Numbered from the stretch's first letter, positions 29,776 through 46,473 are shown. The stretch: DNA of 64,000 nucleotides from Eledone cirrhosa (GCA_964016885.1 OZ024741.1:147622001-147686000); one strand, 5' to 3'. Notes: a model not told the origin generated them from the letters alone. Program-made: numbers and translations.

Positions 29776-30297
29776 AGTATTAATATTATAGTTATAATGT
29801 TAATGGTAGTAATTATACTGACTTACAGGTTGATCTGTTGCTCAATGCAATAGTGATCACGCAGAGCTGTTATACATTAACATTTGAATAACACCAAAGA
29901 TTAAAGCATTTTAAAACTGACAGCCGTTTCTACCTGTACAGAGCCACAGGTGTCATCGGAGTTTATTAAAATGCTTAATAGTAGTTAACATAGAAAAACA
30001 TTAAGAACATCTAATACATAAAATCACTTTACAAATGCAAAAGTTTCAAAAAATAGTTCAAAAACGGTGATGACAAAGAGGTATATATTATTGTGAGAGA
30101 AGTGTATGGCCTTTGGATGTGAAGTGAAGCGAAGTTAGTAAGTGTTGTTAGAGATAAAATACACAACAAAATAAGTGGTTTCGTTTAAATATAAAATTTA
30201 CTTCACTTCAATGAATAAAGGAAAATAGAATATGATTACTACAAATCACAAAGGTTGAAGATGTTTTTGTTCTTTTTTCGTTATGCTGAAATAGAGA
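29771..30297 (-). mobile_element. PLE 3' terminal repeat fragment ending in (TA)n
   Basis: Contains a hammerhead and abuts (TA)n at 29770; the right boundary is approximate. Confidence 0.55.
29904..29976 (-). ncRNA. type I hammerhead ribozyme, U4C core, GUC site
   Basis: aagcattttaataaact-CCGATGA-c-acctgt..acaggt-a-GAAA-cggctg-TC-agttttaaaatgctt; long stem I. Confidence 0.7.
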
Positions 30298-30580
30298 GTG
30301 GCAAGCTATCATTCGTTAATAGTATCAATAAGGTAATAATCAAAAGCCTAGTGACAAGGGAAGGTGACGTTTAATTTTAGTGATAGAAAATTCTCTCTGT
30401 CTCAGGATTTCAGGACAGCCTATTTATAATGATCTATGGTCTCTCGCTATCTTCTTCTTCTTTGGTACCGTTAAGCCTAGCATCCTAAGAATTTAAGTGT
30501 TTTCCTCTCAGTGGCGTCGAAGGTAAATTTTTATTGGCCATGTCAGTGAGAGGAACTGCGGGAACATTTCTTACGCTACA
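30298..30580 (-). repeat. 3' LTR of the Gypsy remnant
   Basis: Minus strand PPT ggcggggaactaa followed by TGTAGCG at 30580; TATA-like attataaata and ATTAAA inside; the left end is approximate. Confidence 0.55.
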
Positions 30581-30772
30581 TTAGTTCCCCGCCTAGATCG
30601 AAACGGGAGTAGCAATCGATAATTGAAAAGTTAGTGAAAGAGAGAACCAATGACTTCGGACCAAAAACTATAGAAAGAAAAAAAAAATAAAAGAAAATAA
30701 AATAACAACGTAAAATGATAAAATAAATAAATAATCAAATGAAAATTAACAAATTATAAATGAGATGAGGAA

Positions 30773-33650
30773 TGTTACTTGACATATTGGGCATAGCGAG
30801 ATGGTCAGTACACACGTCGACCGGATCTAGTGTTTGTTGTTGGCATAGAGTTTGGATTGCTGGTGGATGGGAGCACCGATGTTGGGTTAACTTGGTCTGA
30901 TGATGAGGGTTCATCCAAATCCATATGAGCTTTTTTTAGCTGACACTGACAGCATCCCTCTTTCCATTGATGTCAAAAATGCAATTCTAGGGTGTGCTTT
31001 TGAGTACTTGGTAGATACCTGAGTATAGTGGTTACAAAGGAGCTCTGATAGTGTCGTTTCTAACAAAACATATGTCAGATGGAACTTGAGTAGTGATGCT
31101 TTGAAGGCAAAGGGCAACGGATGGCAGGTTTGCCATGTAGGTCTACAGGTGATAGGTATAGTTCATTGGATGCCCGGGGTGTTGAGACTCAGGGGAAATC
31201 ATTTGCCTGGATAATACCAATGTCGTGCCATAAACCCGCTCAGCTGGCATAAAACCAAGTCCTTCTTTTACGGTGGAGTGAATTCCAAGAAGGATGAGGG
31301 GTAAGATCTCCAACCAGTTGCTGTTGTTGACATAGGCTCTGAGAGCCGATTTTAATTGCCGATTGAAACGTTCCAGCATACTGTTAGCTACAAGGTGATA
31401 AGCTGTTGTACGTGTTCAGCTACAGCCTAGGAGGTGTGTCAATTCTTTAAAAAGGTTTGATTCAAACTGGCAGCCTCTGTCCATTGTGATGGTAGGTGTG
31501 CCATAGCGCGAAATCCAATGCTGTACTAGTACCTTGACAATAGATTTGTTTATGGTGTCAGAAAGAGGAATGGCCTCAGGCCACTGGGAGAATCTGTCCA
31601 CACAGGTCAAAAGGTGAGTGCAACCCTGAGAAGGAGGCAGTGGTCCGACTATGTCGATGTGTACATGTTGGAAACGTGCATCTGGTGTTGCAAAGGTTGC
31701 CAGAGGAGTTCTGACATGATGGTGAATGTTTGCCTTCTGACACTGGACGCAATGTCTGGCCAATTCTCTGACATTCTTGTGCACACCAACCCAGACAAAC
31801 TGGGATGTTATTAATTTCAAGGTAGAGATGGCACCTGGATGCAATAAGTTGTGCAGCGCAGAAAAAAAACGAACGTCGATGCTGTAGAGGTACATAAGGG
31901 CGCGCGTGGCCCGTAGACACATCACACGAAATACCACCAGAAGTAAAAGATAGAGGGAGGAGTTTGAAAGAAAAGGAAGAAGGAAATGAAAAATTTCAGA
32001 GTTTGAGGAGCTCCCCATCCGTCTGTTGAAAAGCGGCAATGTCTCAGAGCCTGATGAAAAAGAGGTGTGCAGTGCACCCATGTGGGCACAAGGAAGAGTG
32101 TCGGCTGCAGAGTTGCCTGAACCCTTAATGTGGTGAATATCCGTAGTATACTGGGATATAAAATCCAGTTGATGCACTTCTCTAGGTGAGTGATAATCAG
32201 GCTTGGAATATAGAGCATATATGAGAGGTTATGGTCTGTGTAAATAGAAAACACAGTACCCTCTAACAAGTGCCGGAAATGTCTCACACTGAGGTACGCT
32301 TCCAAAAGTTCCTGACCAAATGAGCTGTACTTTGTTTCGGCTGGTTTGAGTCGCCTAGAGGAGAAAGAAATTGGCTGCCATACATCGTCTTCGCATTGTT
32401 GGAGGGCGCCACCGACCCCGACATCCGATGCATTGACGAACAGACAAAGCGGTGCATCAGGTTTGGGAGGAACCAACATTTTGGCCTCTGCTAAGACCCA
32501 CTTGACTCTAAAAAAACAGCCGCTTGTGCATCATCAAAAGCTGGTTCTTCCGTTTGCAGTGCCATAGGATGTCTGTTAGCGGCTGGAGAAACTCTGCACA
32601 GCGAGGAATGAACCGGTAGTAAAATATTTATGAGGCCAAGGAACTCACATACTTTCCTCGGGGACGTAGGAGTGGGAAAATCTAAAATAGACTTAACTTT
32701 GTCGTGGAGGAGGCGGATTCCTTGTTTGTCAATGTGGTGTCCCAGAAAATCAAGGGAAGAAACACTAAAAAGGCATTTGCCGGGGTTGATGATGACACCA
32801 AACTGAGAAAAACGCTTTCCTCTTCCCCATGAGATGTGCTGGCTACCAGCATATCATCAATATACGTGTAGACGAAGGGTAAACCACGTACTACTGTGTC
32901 AATAAAATGCTGGAAGATTGATGCAGCATTGCGTAAACCGAATGGCATTCTAAGAAACTCGAAGAGGCCGAAAGGAGTTGTAATAGCCGTTTTTGGAATG
33001 TCATCAGGTTCAATAGGAATTTGGTTGTATGCCCACACGAGGTCGATTTTTGAAAAGACACTAGCTCCATGTAGGGTAGCAGAGAAATCCTGTATGTGAT
33101 GTACCAGGTACTTATTAGGTTTTGTGCGTGTGTTAAGAAACCGATAGTCTCCACACGGTTGCCAGTCACCCACAGATTTCTTGGGAACCATGTGAAGGGG
33201 GAAGACCAACTGCTACTGGATGGATGAACAATACCCAGTTCCAGCATATGATCAAACTCTGCTTTAGCGATCTTAGCATGGTCAGGAGCGAATCGCCGTG
33301 GCTGAGAAGAAACCGGAGGGTACTCAGTTACGAGATGATGCATAACACTGTGGGTCACAAACTGACTGTTAAAAATTGGGCACAAGATATCAAGGTGCCT
33401 GTGCAGGATAGCGTCATATCTGCCGGACTGCACTGGATTAAAAAAAACAGGGCTGAGGGAGGGCGCCTTAGTGCTGAAACTGTGAACATTGAGGCCCATG
33501 GTGGAATCAATCAGTCTGTTGTGTTTAACATCCACCAGGAGACAGAAATTGTGTAAAAAAATCCACTCCTAGGATCGGAGTCGGCAACTTGGTGATGAAA
33601 AAACTCACTGGAAAACTCGACAGAGCCCAAGATCAAGATTTAAGGTCTTT
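30773..33650 (-). pseudogene. pol: Ty3/Gypsy pol remnant (protease C-half, RT, RNase H, integrase), frameshifted
   Basis: [46 protein letters not shown]; VNASDVGVGGAL, ELLEAYL; H..HPG..C.QC, HIDIVGPLP, MDRG.QFES, ERFNRQLK; terminal TRSGR. Confidence 0.92.
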
Positions 33651-33660
33651 TCTCATGGCC

Positions 33661-33833
33661 AGACAGTAACGGCGGCAACTACACCTGGCTCTTCCAAACC
33701 TAGCTGCTTGTTCCACATTAGTGACCGATCAACCAGTGTTCGTTTTCTGGTGGACACCAGAGCAGAGGTTAGCATCATACCATTATCTCTGATGCCAGAC
33801 AGTAGGAAACTCACAGCAGTCCTTCTCAAGGCG
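33661..33833 (+). pseudogene. N-terminal half of the same Gypsy protease, inverted
   Basis: Plus translation TVTAATTPGSSKPSCLFHISDRSTSVRFLVDTRAEVSIIP (degenerate LVDTGA). Confidence 0.8.
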
Positions 33834-34161
33834 GTGTTGTGGTGTTTTTGTCTTTGATATGCTATGAACCAGTAGCATATCAAAAACAAAAACACCACAC
33901 ATCTCAAACTATCTGAAGGAACATGTCAGAAAGTTATTATGCAACCACTCTGACATCTTCGAAATACATATAACAGAACTATGACATAAAAAGAAGACGT
34001 ACACATAAAACCGTCTCTCTTATTCATAATATTGAAACTCCGGTTGATACCTTACTGATAAAATCCCAAGGAATACAAATCGTAGAGTGCTTTATGTCTG
34101 TTTACAAAAAAAGTCAGCAGATTATATGATCAAACAATTTTCATTAATTGAATATTATATA

Positions 34162-35548
34162 TCATCATCATCATCATCATCAACGTTTAACGTCCGTGTT
34201 CCACGCTTGCATGGGTTTGAACGGGGGTTTTCCCACTTGAGGCAAGAGTGATTGTTTTGCTCGCATAGGACTGTCTGGCAGGTTTTCTACTGTTGGATGC
34301 CCTTCCTAACACCAACCACATTTACAGTGTGGGTCTGGGAGGTTTTTACCGTGTTGCCTACACGGCCACATTACAGCGTGGACTGTGTGTTTTTTTGTCG
34401 TGACACCTCCACGATCTCATTTGTTTCGGCCTGGATGGTGTGGCACCAACATAACTTTACATAGAAGGGGGCGGTGTGGATGGGGTGGAGGTGGGGGTGG
34501 TGGGACGGGGGTGTATTTTGTTAGAGATGCCTACTGACTGTAGTAGATTTTACTTTGTATTTAGGTAAGGCGGGTCTTCTCTATTACTGAGTACCGCCAA
34601 AGGTCTCGGTCCAGTGACATTGTCTTGGTATGGTGTAAGTGTGGGAGGTCGGAGTTTATCAGCTCGTCCCAGGTTTTTCTGGGTCTGCCTATTCCGTGGC
34701 TACCGTCTATCTTTATTGCCCTGCACTTTGTTATACAGCTATCGTCCTTCATGCGCATCACGTGACCATACCAACGTAGCCTTCTCTCGAGTAAACAACA
34801 TCTGATCCCTCTTATTTCTAATTTTTTCCTTAGTTCGTTTATGCTTTGTCGTTCACGTATATTACTATTACACATCCAGCGGAGCATGCAAGCTTCGTTT
34901 CTCTCTAGTCTGCGTATATCCTCTGCGCACAATGCCCAGGTCTCACTGCCATGCAACATTGCTGTTTGTATGCAGGCATCGTACAACCTGCCTTTCATTT
35001 TTAGGGAGAACCCTTTAGCGGCTAATAGTGGTATAAGCTCTCTGAACTTTTTCCACCCAGTTCTGACTCTAGCTACTGTACTTTCAGAGCACCCTCCCCC
35101 ACTGCTGATTTTGTCACCCAGGTAACGGAAGCTGTCCACTATTTCTATAGAACCCTCTGCGCAGTTGAAAGAGCTAGTATTTAGTGGGCACTTGCTGCTG
35201 CTTATTGCCCCAGAACACCGGCCACATGTAAAATCTATGTTCTTAGTTAGCTTACCTGTGATCCCACTACATCTTTTATGCACCCAAACTTTGCATTTGG
35301 GACACAAAATGGAATTTCTACCTACGCCTTTCCTACACTCTGCGCATGGCCACTTCCCAGAGGGGACCGCCGCCTTATTTTCTTTCTTACAAACTAGAAC
35401 TTTAGTCTTAGCCAGGTTAATTTTAAGGCCTTTTGATTCTAGGCCGTGCTTCCATGTTTGGAATTTCTTCTCTAGCTCGGCCATTGATTCAGCTATGAGC
35501 GTTAGATCATCTGCATATAGGAGTTCCCATGGGCAGCCGGTCTTGATA
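34162..35548 (-). mobile_element. RTE-clade LINE, 5'-truncated (RT C-half with inserted PHD-like Cys-rich segment; ORF 34561-35548)
   Basis: ELLYADDL, FRYLG, GSETW, RRLRWYGHV, GRPRKTW; 3' UTR and (GAT)n tail at 34162. Confidence 0.92.
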
Positions 35549-35654
35549 CTAACAGAAAATCGCACTCGGGCGGTTTTCTGCTAGCATGTGTAGTGTGCAT
35601 ATTGGTATTATACGCAAATATATATGCATATAGATATATGTAAATTGACAATAT

Positions 35655-36300
35655 CTTCTTCTTCGCCCACTTATTTCTGAGAGGGTCATGGGGGCAGAGT
35701 CCTTCTCAAACACTCCTTCCAGCAAGTCTGTCAGTAGCAAACATCTCTAACTGATCTAGCTGGATCCCAAAGCATGACCAGCCAAGCTCATGGATGTTAT
35801 CCAACTATCTTGCTCAGGGTCTCTTGCTGGTTGGTTTTGCCTGTAAAATGTGTTCAGCGATTCTTTAAGGAAACATTCTAACGACATGCTCATAATATCG
35901 GAGTTGTAATCTCTCAATTCGGAGAAGTAGCGGCTCTACCAGGAGTGACTCTCTGGTCTCTGAGTTATGCACTTTATCGAGTAATTTTACTCCAAAGACC
36001 CTTCGGAGGAATCCCATTTCTGCCACTTTTATTTGCAATTGTATTATTTTGGTCATTACTCAATATTCATGATCCTCGGTAAGAGTTGGCAGGAATAGCA
36101 GGAAGACAGTAAGTTTGGCTTTTACACTTACCCCCCTTCATCTGATTGCTGAATGCTGAGACTGGCGATTTACTGCATCAGCTTTTGCAATTCTTGCACT
36201 TAATTCAGCCTCCTGCATTGCATCACTCATGAACACGGCTCCAAGATACTTGAACTTCTCTAACTGCTTCAGTAGAACTCCATTCACATGTATATAAATT
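35655..36300 (-). pseudogene. RTE (Expander/Rex3-like) LINE 3' fragment
   Basis: QLEKFKYLG, AEMGFLRRV, EPLLLRIERLQLRYYEHVVRM; (GAA)n tail at 35655. Confidence 0.8.
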
Positions 36301-36499
36301 TGAGGGACTTCTATCCACCCGTCCATCACGCAATGTGTATGTGTGTTTGTGTGAATGTATGTGTGTGTAAAAGGAAGGAAAGGGATACACACATATATGT
36401 CTAACATAAAAACAGTGACACACACACGTGTCTCTAATTTAAGAACGCCGACAAACTCACGCGCGCGCACATACACACACTGTCCTATTACCACTCAAG

Positions 36500-37170
36500 A
36501 GCTTTGGCCCAGACAAACATCCCCTCAATTTTGGAACCGTCTGGGATGTCCTGAATTGATGGGAAAAGACTTGACAGTCTTATGCTGTGCTCCTGGGCCG
36601 TCACAGTTAGTGACTATTTTGCTTCTTCCCACATTCTGGATGCAGCGGTAAGGGCGAGAGCTACAGCATCCGCAGCTGAATGGGACAAAATCCTAAAATA
36701 CCGTGTTCTGTCAACTAACTACATTATCCAGCCTGTGGTGTTCGAGACGTTTGGGGGAGTCAGGCTACTGACAGTGAGGTCCTTATCTTCACTGGCGGCT
36801 CGCCAAACAGAAGTAACTGGTGATGCTCGTGAGGGCACTTGGTTGTTCCAGCACCTCAGCCTGGCCATCACCCCAGGTAACACTGCGAGCGTGCTGGCCT
36901 GCCTCAAACATTATTAGAGAGGTTTCCCAGTGCTCCTCGCTATATTGCTATCTTTTGCTCTGGTAGCGGCACGTTTTTTCGCCTGCATATTGTTCCGTGG
37001 CCTAAGATGTGTGTATTACCTGCTTGTGTATTTTTTCTCTTTCTTTTTTTCCTTTCCCTTTCCTTTGTATATATTATATTTGTTAGTGTTTTCGTTCTGT
37101 AACCATTATAGTAAATGAGTTTTAAAAAAAAAGAGTTAATAAATAAATAAAAAGATAATAAATAAATAAA
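36500..37170 (+). pseudogene. CRE-like non-LTR 3' fragment (restriction-like endonuclease domain)
   Basis: W.VTV.D..A.SH...AE..K..KY...PVVFETFG...TGD.RE...Q.LS.AI..GN.ASV, then a T-rich UTR and A-rich tail. Confidence 0.7.
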
Positions 37171-37685
37171 ACGTTATACTTGTTTTACCCTCCCATTTCC
37201 AATTTCACCGAACGCTGCTATCATGACTGTATGTGTGAAAGTATGTTTGTGTGAAAGTATGTATATTTGTGTGAATGTATGTGTATTTGTGTGAATTATG
37301 TCCGTGAGGGTGCATTTTTATAAGTTTGTGTTAGCGTGATTATAGTTATATACTCATATACATATAGATGTATGCGCACACTCATACGCGTCAGCGTGTA
37401 GAAAATCATAATCTCTCTATCTCTCTCATCACACACTCTCTCTTTCTATATATATGGTAGTTGAAGTGGTGGTGGTGGCGACGATATACCGGAAGTGCAA
37501 CTTTGAAAAGAAGTCAATTTTAAATTATTTATCTTTACGAAAAAAGGATTTATGTTTACGAAATTTAGTACATAAATTTTGTAATATTCATTCATTATTT
37601 ATTCAAAGTAATCCAACTTATTTTACTAACCGGATTAAAAGAAATAAACCGTACGCAGTCCCGCAGACCTTCCTTTATTATAGTT

Positions 37686-37716
<31 letters not shown>

Positions 37717-37720
<4 letters not shown>

Positions 37721-38264
37721 GAGCGGAACAGTATTCATCAAGCAATCTTTTAAATAAATTAAAAAACAATTTAAATATTCACCTGTTCTATTGCCGTTAC
37801 CGACGGTTTCACTAATCAAAAGATTTGAAATTCAGAGAATTTCCAAAGGAAACAATTAGATCTTCAGACAGCTATTTCCGTACCATAAGGGTATAAAGCC
37901 TCATAGTAAGATAATATATCGCTTCCTGCCCGTTGAATGGGGTCAGGCCGTTAAAGTGACCCAAACACAAAAATAGGCCATAAGTAAAAACGGGATATTA
38001 TAAACTTGTTGATCATGCCGCTAAAAATAGCAGCGCGATACAACGTTTTGTTCTCTACATATAGGAGAATAATTCTAAAAAGGTATGGATATTCCAACAG
38101 GCACTAAGTACCTACAGAAATATGCATGGTGTTTATAATAGTTGTGGTTCGATGGTACTAATTTGAGATACCAGAACTATAAAAATTGAGCGGAACAAGT
38201 AATCATCAAACAATCTTTTAAATAAATTAAAAAACGATTTAAATATTTACCTGTTCTATTGCCG

Positions 38265-38267
<3 letters not shown>
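37717..38267 (-). mobile_element. non-coding HHR-bearing element with ~80-bp terminal direct repeats (retrozyme-like), 468-nt unit
   Basis: Direct repeats 37720-37799 and 38187-38267; (TA)n on both sides; no ORF. Confidence 0.75.
37793..37872 (-). ncRNA. type I hammerhead ribozyme (GUA site)
   Basis: gctgt-CTGAAGA-t-ctaat...attag-t-GAAA-ccgtcgg-TA-acggc. Confidence 0.7.
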
Positions 38268-38314
<47 letters not shown>

Positions 38315-40055
38315 AGGGAGGCTGCAATAGAAGAAGACCAAGGTAAACTTGGGTGGAAATGGTGAGAGTTGACTATCTCAGATCACTAAAGCTCATGGAG
38401 GAGATGACAAAGGAATGCAATAAGTAGAGAGATGTTGTACTGAGAAGAACCCATCCAACCCATGCAAGCATGGAACAACAGACATAAAATGATTATGATT
38501 ATGATGATATATATATCATCATAATCGTCCACACTGTAAAGTGGTCGTGTAAGGATCACAATAAAAAGCAGCCAGTTCACACTGTAAAGTCGTTAGGTCA
38601 TGTCGCCAACATGACACAAAGTGCCTGGTCCATGCTGTGAAGTGGTCATGCAGGTGTCACAATAAAAATCACCCACCATACACTGTAAATGTCGTTAGCA
38701 TTAGGAAGGGCATCCAGCCATAGAAACCAAGCCCAAATCAGTTCTGTGTGACCAAAACACGGTCCCCCAACCTGATCTCTCACAAAGGGTCGGCCTGTCT
38801 AACCCATGCTAACGTGGAAAATGGACATTAAACGATGATGATTATGATGATTTATGTATATATATGTGTGTGTGTGTGTTGTGCATGTGTGTGTATGCAT
38901 GTGTGTATATGTGTGTATGTATCACATCATTGGAAATCAAGGTTCTTACAGCTGTCTTGAATTTGCTATTGTAATGAATTTATATCACAACTTCTATAAT
39001 CTGTGAATATTCCCTTGGAATTTGGCGACATAATCATATTTGGAATGGAAAAGAAAATGCCTATTAGTATTAATATATGTATATGTGTGTATCTGTGTGT
39101 TTGTGCATGTGTGTATGTGTGTGTGTTTGTGTGCTCATGTAGATTATATGAAATAGCTTTAAAATTACAGGTAACGTCTACACTTCACCTTAACACAATT
39201 ATTGGTCAACTTATAAAAAAAAACATTACCTAAATATCTATGGCAGGAAATGCTGAATAGGAGAAAGTGAGAGTTGATACCATTCTGCTTTCCATTAGCA
39301 GACAATTTATAAAATTATCATATTTCTTCCTTCTTTTATAAAGGAAGAAATTTGTAACTAGGAATTTGTAAGGGAAAAAATTGTAAGGTTGTGGGTTTTA
39401 TCCCAAGCAATGCATTATGTTTTTGAATAAGACACTTCATTTCCTGTTGCTCCATTCCACTCAGCTAAAAAAAGAGTACCAGCAGTAACTGGGGATTAAC
39501 CATGTGATTGATTGGTGACCTGTCCATGTCATGTGCTCTTAGTTGCTTAATATCAATGAAACTGGTGTAAGCTCAGACCTGATGAGCCTCTGGGTTTGAA
39601 ACAGACTTTAAATTAATCCTTGAGTTATCATGTTTCTAATGAAAGACACTGGCTATGATTTTTAATAATTTTGAATATAATCAAGAATTTGGAAAGATTT
39701 AGTCATATAATGAACTTTCTCTTTAAGTGTTTAGAACATAACAAAAGTTCTTACATAAAATTTCAATGGAAACCTTTTAGATAAATATAACCTCCTTTAA
39801 AATAAACAATTTTGTAACATAAAGCTAGGAGTCGTTTCAGGGTATTTGGTGTCAAAAGGGTTAAATTAATATTCTGAATTCAAATCTTTCATTAAAATAT
39901 GTGCTAAGCAAGCATCAGTATTAATTCCATCAACTATACCTCTCTCTACAGATCTGTGGCCTGTGATTAACCATTTTGATACCAAACTGCATGATCCCCA
40001 CCCCTCTACTATGTTTTTGTTTAAAATTGTTTATATTTATCTAAAAATCTTCCAT

Positions 40056-40301
40056 TGTAGAGCATTGTAGAGCATTGTCACAAGCTCGCAAAGACGAACT
40101 GTTGACGGAAGAGACTTTACTGCCGACTGGTTATTGAACTGGTCAGCAGTGAAGGCACTTTTGGTGAAGGGAGTAACACGACCTGGACTTTAGGGATAGA
40201 TTGCTCCTTCTTACTTTTTGTAAATGTTTGTCATGCAATAAACAACAGTTCAACAAATTACCATTTGTTGTCATTTTGTGTATAGCTTAACGGAAGCTAT
40301 A
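40056..40301 (+). mobile_element. solo LTR inserted in a piggyBac-like MITE
   Basis: TGTAG...CTATA ends, internal AATAAA, near-TSD ccat/tcat; interrupts the MITE motif cttccat|ca. Confidence 0.6.
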
Positions 40302-40959
40302 TCATCAGAATTTTAATGTCTATAATTTTGAAAATAATCATGAAATTTGAGGGATTTTTCATTATCAATGTTTTGTTATAAATTTGTGAATGTAATTATT
40401 GTCGTGTTTTATTTATTTATTTATTTTGTTCAAGATAATGTAATCAACTTTCCCCTCTCCCCAAAATAGCTGACCTCATGTTTATATGAGAAACAATTAT
40501 TAAGTTAATGTTTAGAACATAAGAAAGATTCCATATAAAATTATGATGGAGGGTTTTTAGATCGATACAAACACTTTAAAATAAACAGTTTTGTATCATA
40601 GAACCAGATATTATTTCAAGCAGTTCAGAATCAAAAGGGTTAATGAATTCAACCCCAAAATAATTTAGTTTACAATACAGAGTAATTCTTCCTTTCAATA
40701 AGTAAAGACAAACGAATTACTGAAGCCATAAACCATTCTGAAACTGACAGTAACACATCTGAACAATTAACAACACCCAAAGTTGGTTTTAGAATCTTAA
40801 GAGTCTTAGCATTTTATTGCCTATTTTCTTCCAATTTATTGCTAGTTAAAAACATTTCTCAGACAAGTTTAGAAAATCTCTATATAGAAATATAATACAC
40901 ATACACACACACACACATATATACATAGTAGGTGTGTAATTAAAATGCGTTTATGTGTG

Positions 40960-40993
<34 letters not shown>

Positions 40994-40995
<2 letters not shown>

Positions 40996-41182
40996 AACAA
41001 GTACGACCCCGACGGCTGAGCTCAAGCCGTTTCGACGGCTAATTCTGTACAGAATTAGCCGTCGAAACGGCTTGAGCTCAGCCGTCGGGGTCGTACTTGT
41101 TCCTATTACCCACTCTACTACCCTAAGTATTGAGTACTTTGGTGCGTTATGGTCCACCTGGTTCCTTACCACATTTCCTTCG

Positions 41183-41184
<2 letters not shown>
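40994..41184 (+). repeat. fold-back palindrome element in (TA)n, copy 2
   Basis: Perfect spacerless 110-bp palindrome 40994-41103 plus an 80-nt tail nearly identical to copy 1. Confidence 0.92.
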
Positions 41185-41247
<63 letters not shown>

Positions 41248-41288
41248 TAGATACATTTTAATTGTGTATATATATATATATATATATA

Positions 41289-41595
41289 GAAAAAGAGATG
41301 AAATCGAAAATGCAACTGGAGTCTTATTTTTTTTTTAAATATATATATATTTATTTGGTTCCTTTACCGGTTTCGCAGTTCCTCTGCTTTTCAAAAGGTG
41401 AGTTGAGATGGAGGGTCTGTGGTTTTTCTAGCAGAAGAACTGCGAAACCGGTAAAGGAACCAAATAAATATATATATTTAAAAAAAAAAAAAAAAATAAG
41501 ACTCCAGTTGCATTTTCGATTTCATCTCTTTTTCTTTATACTTTCACTCGTGTAGGACACCTCGGTTATTTTTTATTTTGTAAAAAAAACCTCAC

Positions 41596-41602
<7 letters not shown>
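41289..41602. mobile_element. inverted pair of PLE terminal repeats (same family as 42226-45690)
   Basis: Arms 41289-41382 / 41437-41533; matches 42226-42415. Confidence 0.85.
41361..41398 (-). ncRNA. minimal type I hammerhead with U3-A8 core
   Basis: cctt-TTGAAAA-gcag-aggaa-ctgc-GAAA-ccgg-TA-aagg; a diverged copy lies at ~42354-42392. Confidence 0.7.
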
Positions 41603-41671
<69 letters not shown>

Positions 41672-41991
41672 AAACATAAATTATCGAGATTCGCATTTCG
41701 GCCCACGAAATAACGAAAAACAACCTCCGAGATGTGTGGCAAGTGCTCAATGATTCAGATGAACCAGAGCTATAACAAACGTTGAAGGCCAAACACACTG
41801 AGACGATGGTTAAACAATCATTCGCATAGCCCAAAAAAAACGATCAAGTAATTCGGGTATTGAAAATTTACCCGGACCCCTGGAAGGTTGGTAAAATCCA
41901 GTATATGGGTTTCTGCGGCTCATAAATCAAGTACCGTCCGCTTACATAAATAATGTCAGGCTTCTGGTAAGATGATTGAACAAGGAAGCCA

Positions 41992-42077
<86 letters not shown>

Positions 42078-42130
42078 CACACACATACATTCATATTTGT
42101 ATATACATATATACATTCATATATATATAC

Positions 42131-42161
<31 letters not shown>

Positions 42162-42225
42162 AAGTAGGGGCATAATTAAAACGTGTTATGTGTGTGTGCA
42201 TATATATATTTATATATATATATAT

Positions 42226-45767
<3,542 letters not shown>

Positions 45768-45771
45768 TTAT

Positions 45772-46375
45772 TTATTAAAATAACAGATTAAAGTTTAAGC
45801 AAAGAATCGCTGCTTTCACCCTTAACGGGATCTTCTGAAACTAACAAAGTCAATCTGTAAACGCAGAACTGGATATTTCAAAAAACGTTGCATTTATGTG
45901 GTTTTGTCTTTGCGTGCTATTGTTCTCCACGCTCCACATATGACGTATTATCTTCGTTTTTTTCGTTCATTGCCAGAGAACGTCTCTATGCATCACCTAC
46001 GAGAACATTAGTCTACGACCTCTTTTATACCATAAACGTGGTTCTGTCTTTGCGCGTAATTGTTTTTCACCGCTCCTATTAATGACGTATTATATTCGTT
46101 TTTTCCCGTTCTTTGCCAGGGAACGTTTCCACGAACCAAAGTATCGTCTTCCTGTCTTCCTCCGGTTGCAACGTTTTTTTGAAATATCCAGTTCTGCGTT
46201 TACAGATTGACTTTGTTAGTTTCAGAAGATCCCGTTAAGGGTGAAAGCAGCGATTCTTTGCTTAAACTTTAATCTGTTATTTTAATAAATATTTGCTCTA
46301 CGGTTCTTATATATTTGATATATATTTATCCTTATCGAACCCTCTTTGGATTTTAGTCTTCAAATTTATTATTAT

Positions 46376-46380
<5 letters not shown>
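45772..46380. mobile_element. PLE terminal-repeat fragment with inverted 5' copy
   Basis: Arms 45772-45892 / 46167-46291; the body matches 54564-54957; HHR-like agttt-CAGAAGA-t-ccc..ggg-t-GAAA-gca..tgc-TT-aaact. Confidence 0.8.

Positions 46381-46473
<93 letters not shown>

Larger units (their letters stand above)
35549..37689 (-). mobile_element. probable non-autonomous Helitron carrying nested LINE fragments
   Basis: Minus 5' A|TCGAAACTATAATAAAG at 37689; 3' hairpin cagaaaatcgc/gcggttttctg (35553-35580) then TTAG|T (a CTAG variant). Confidence 0.5.
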
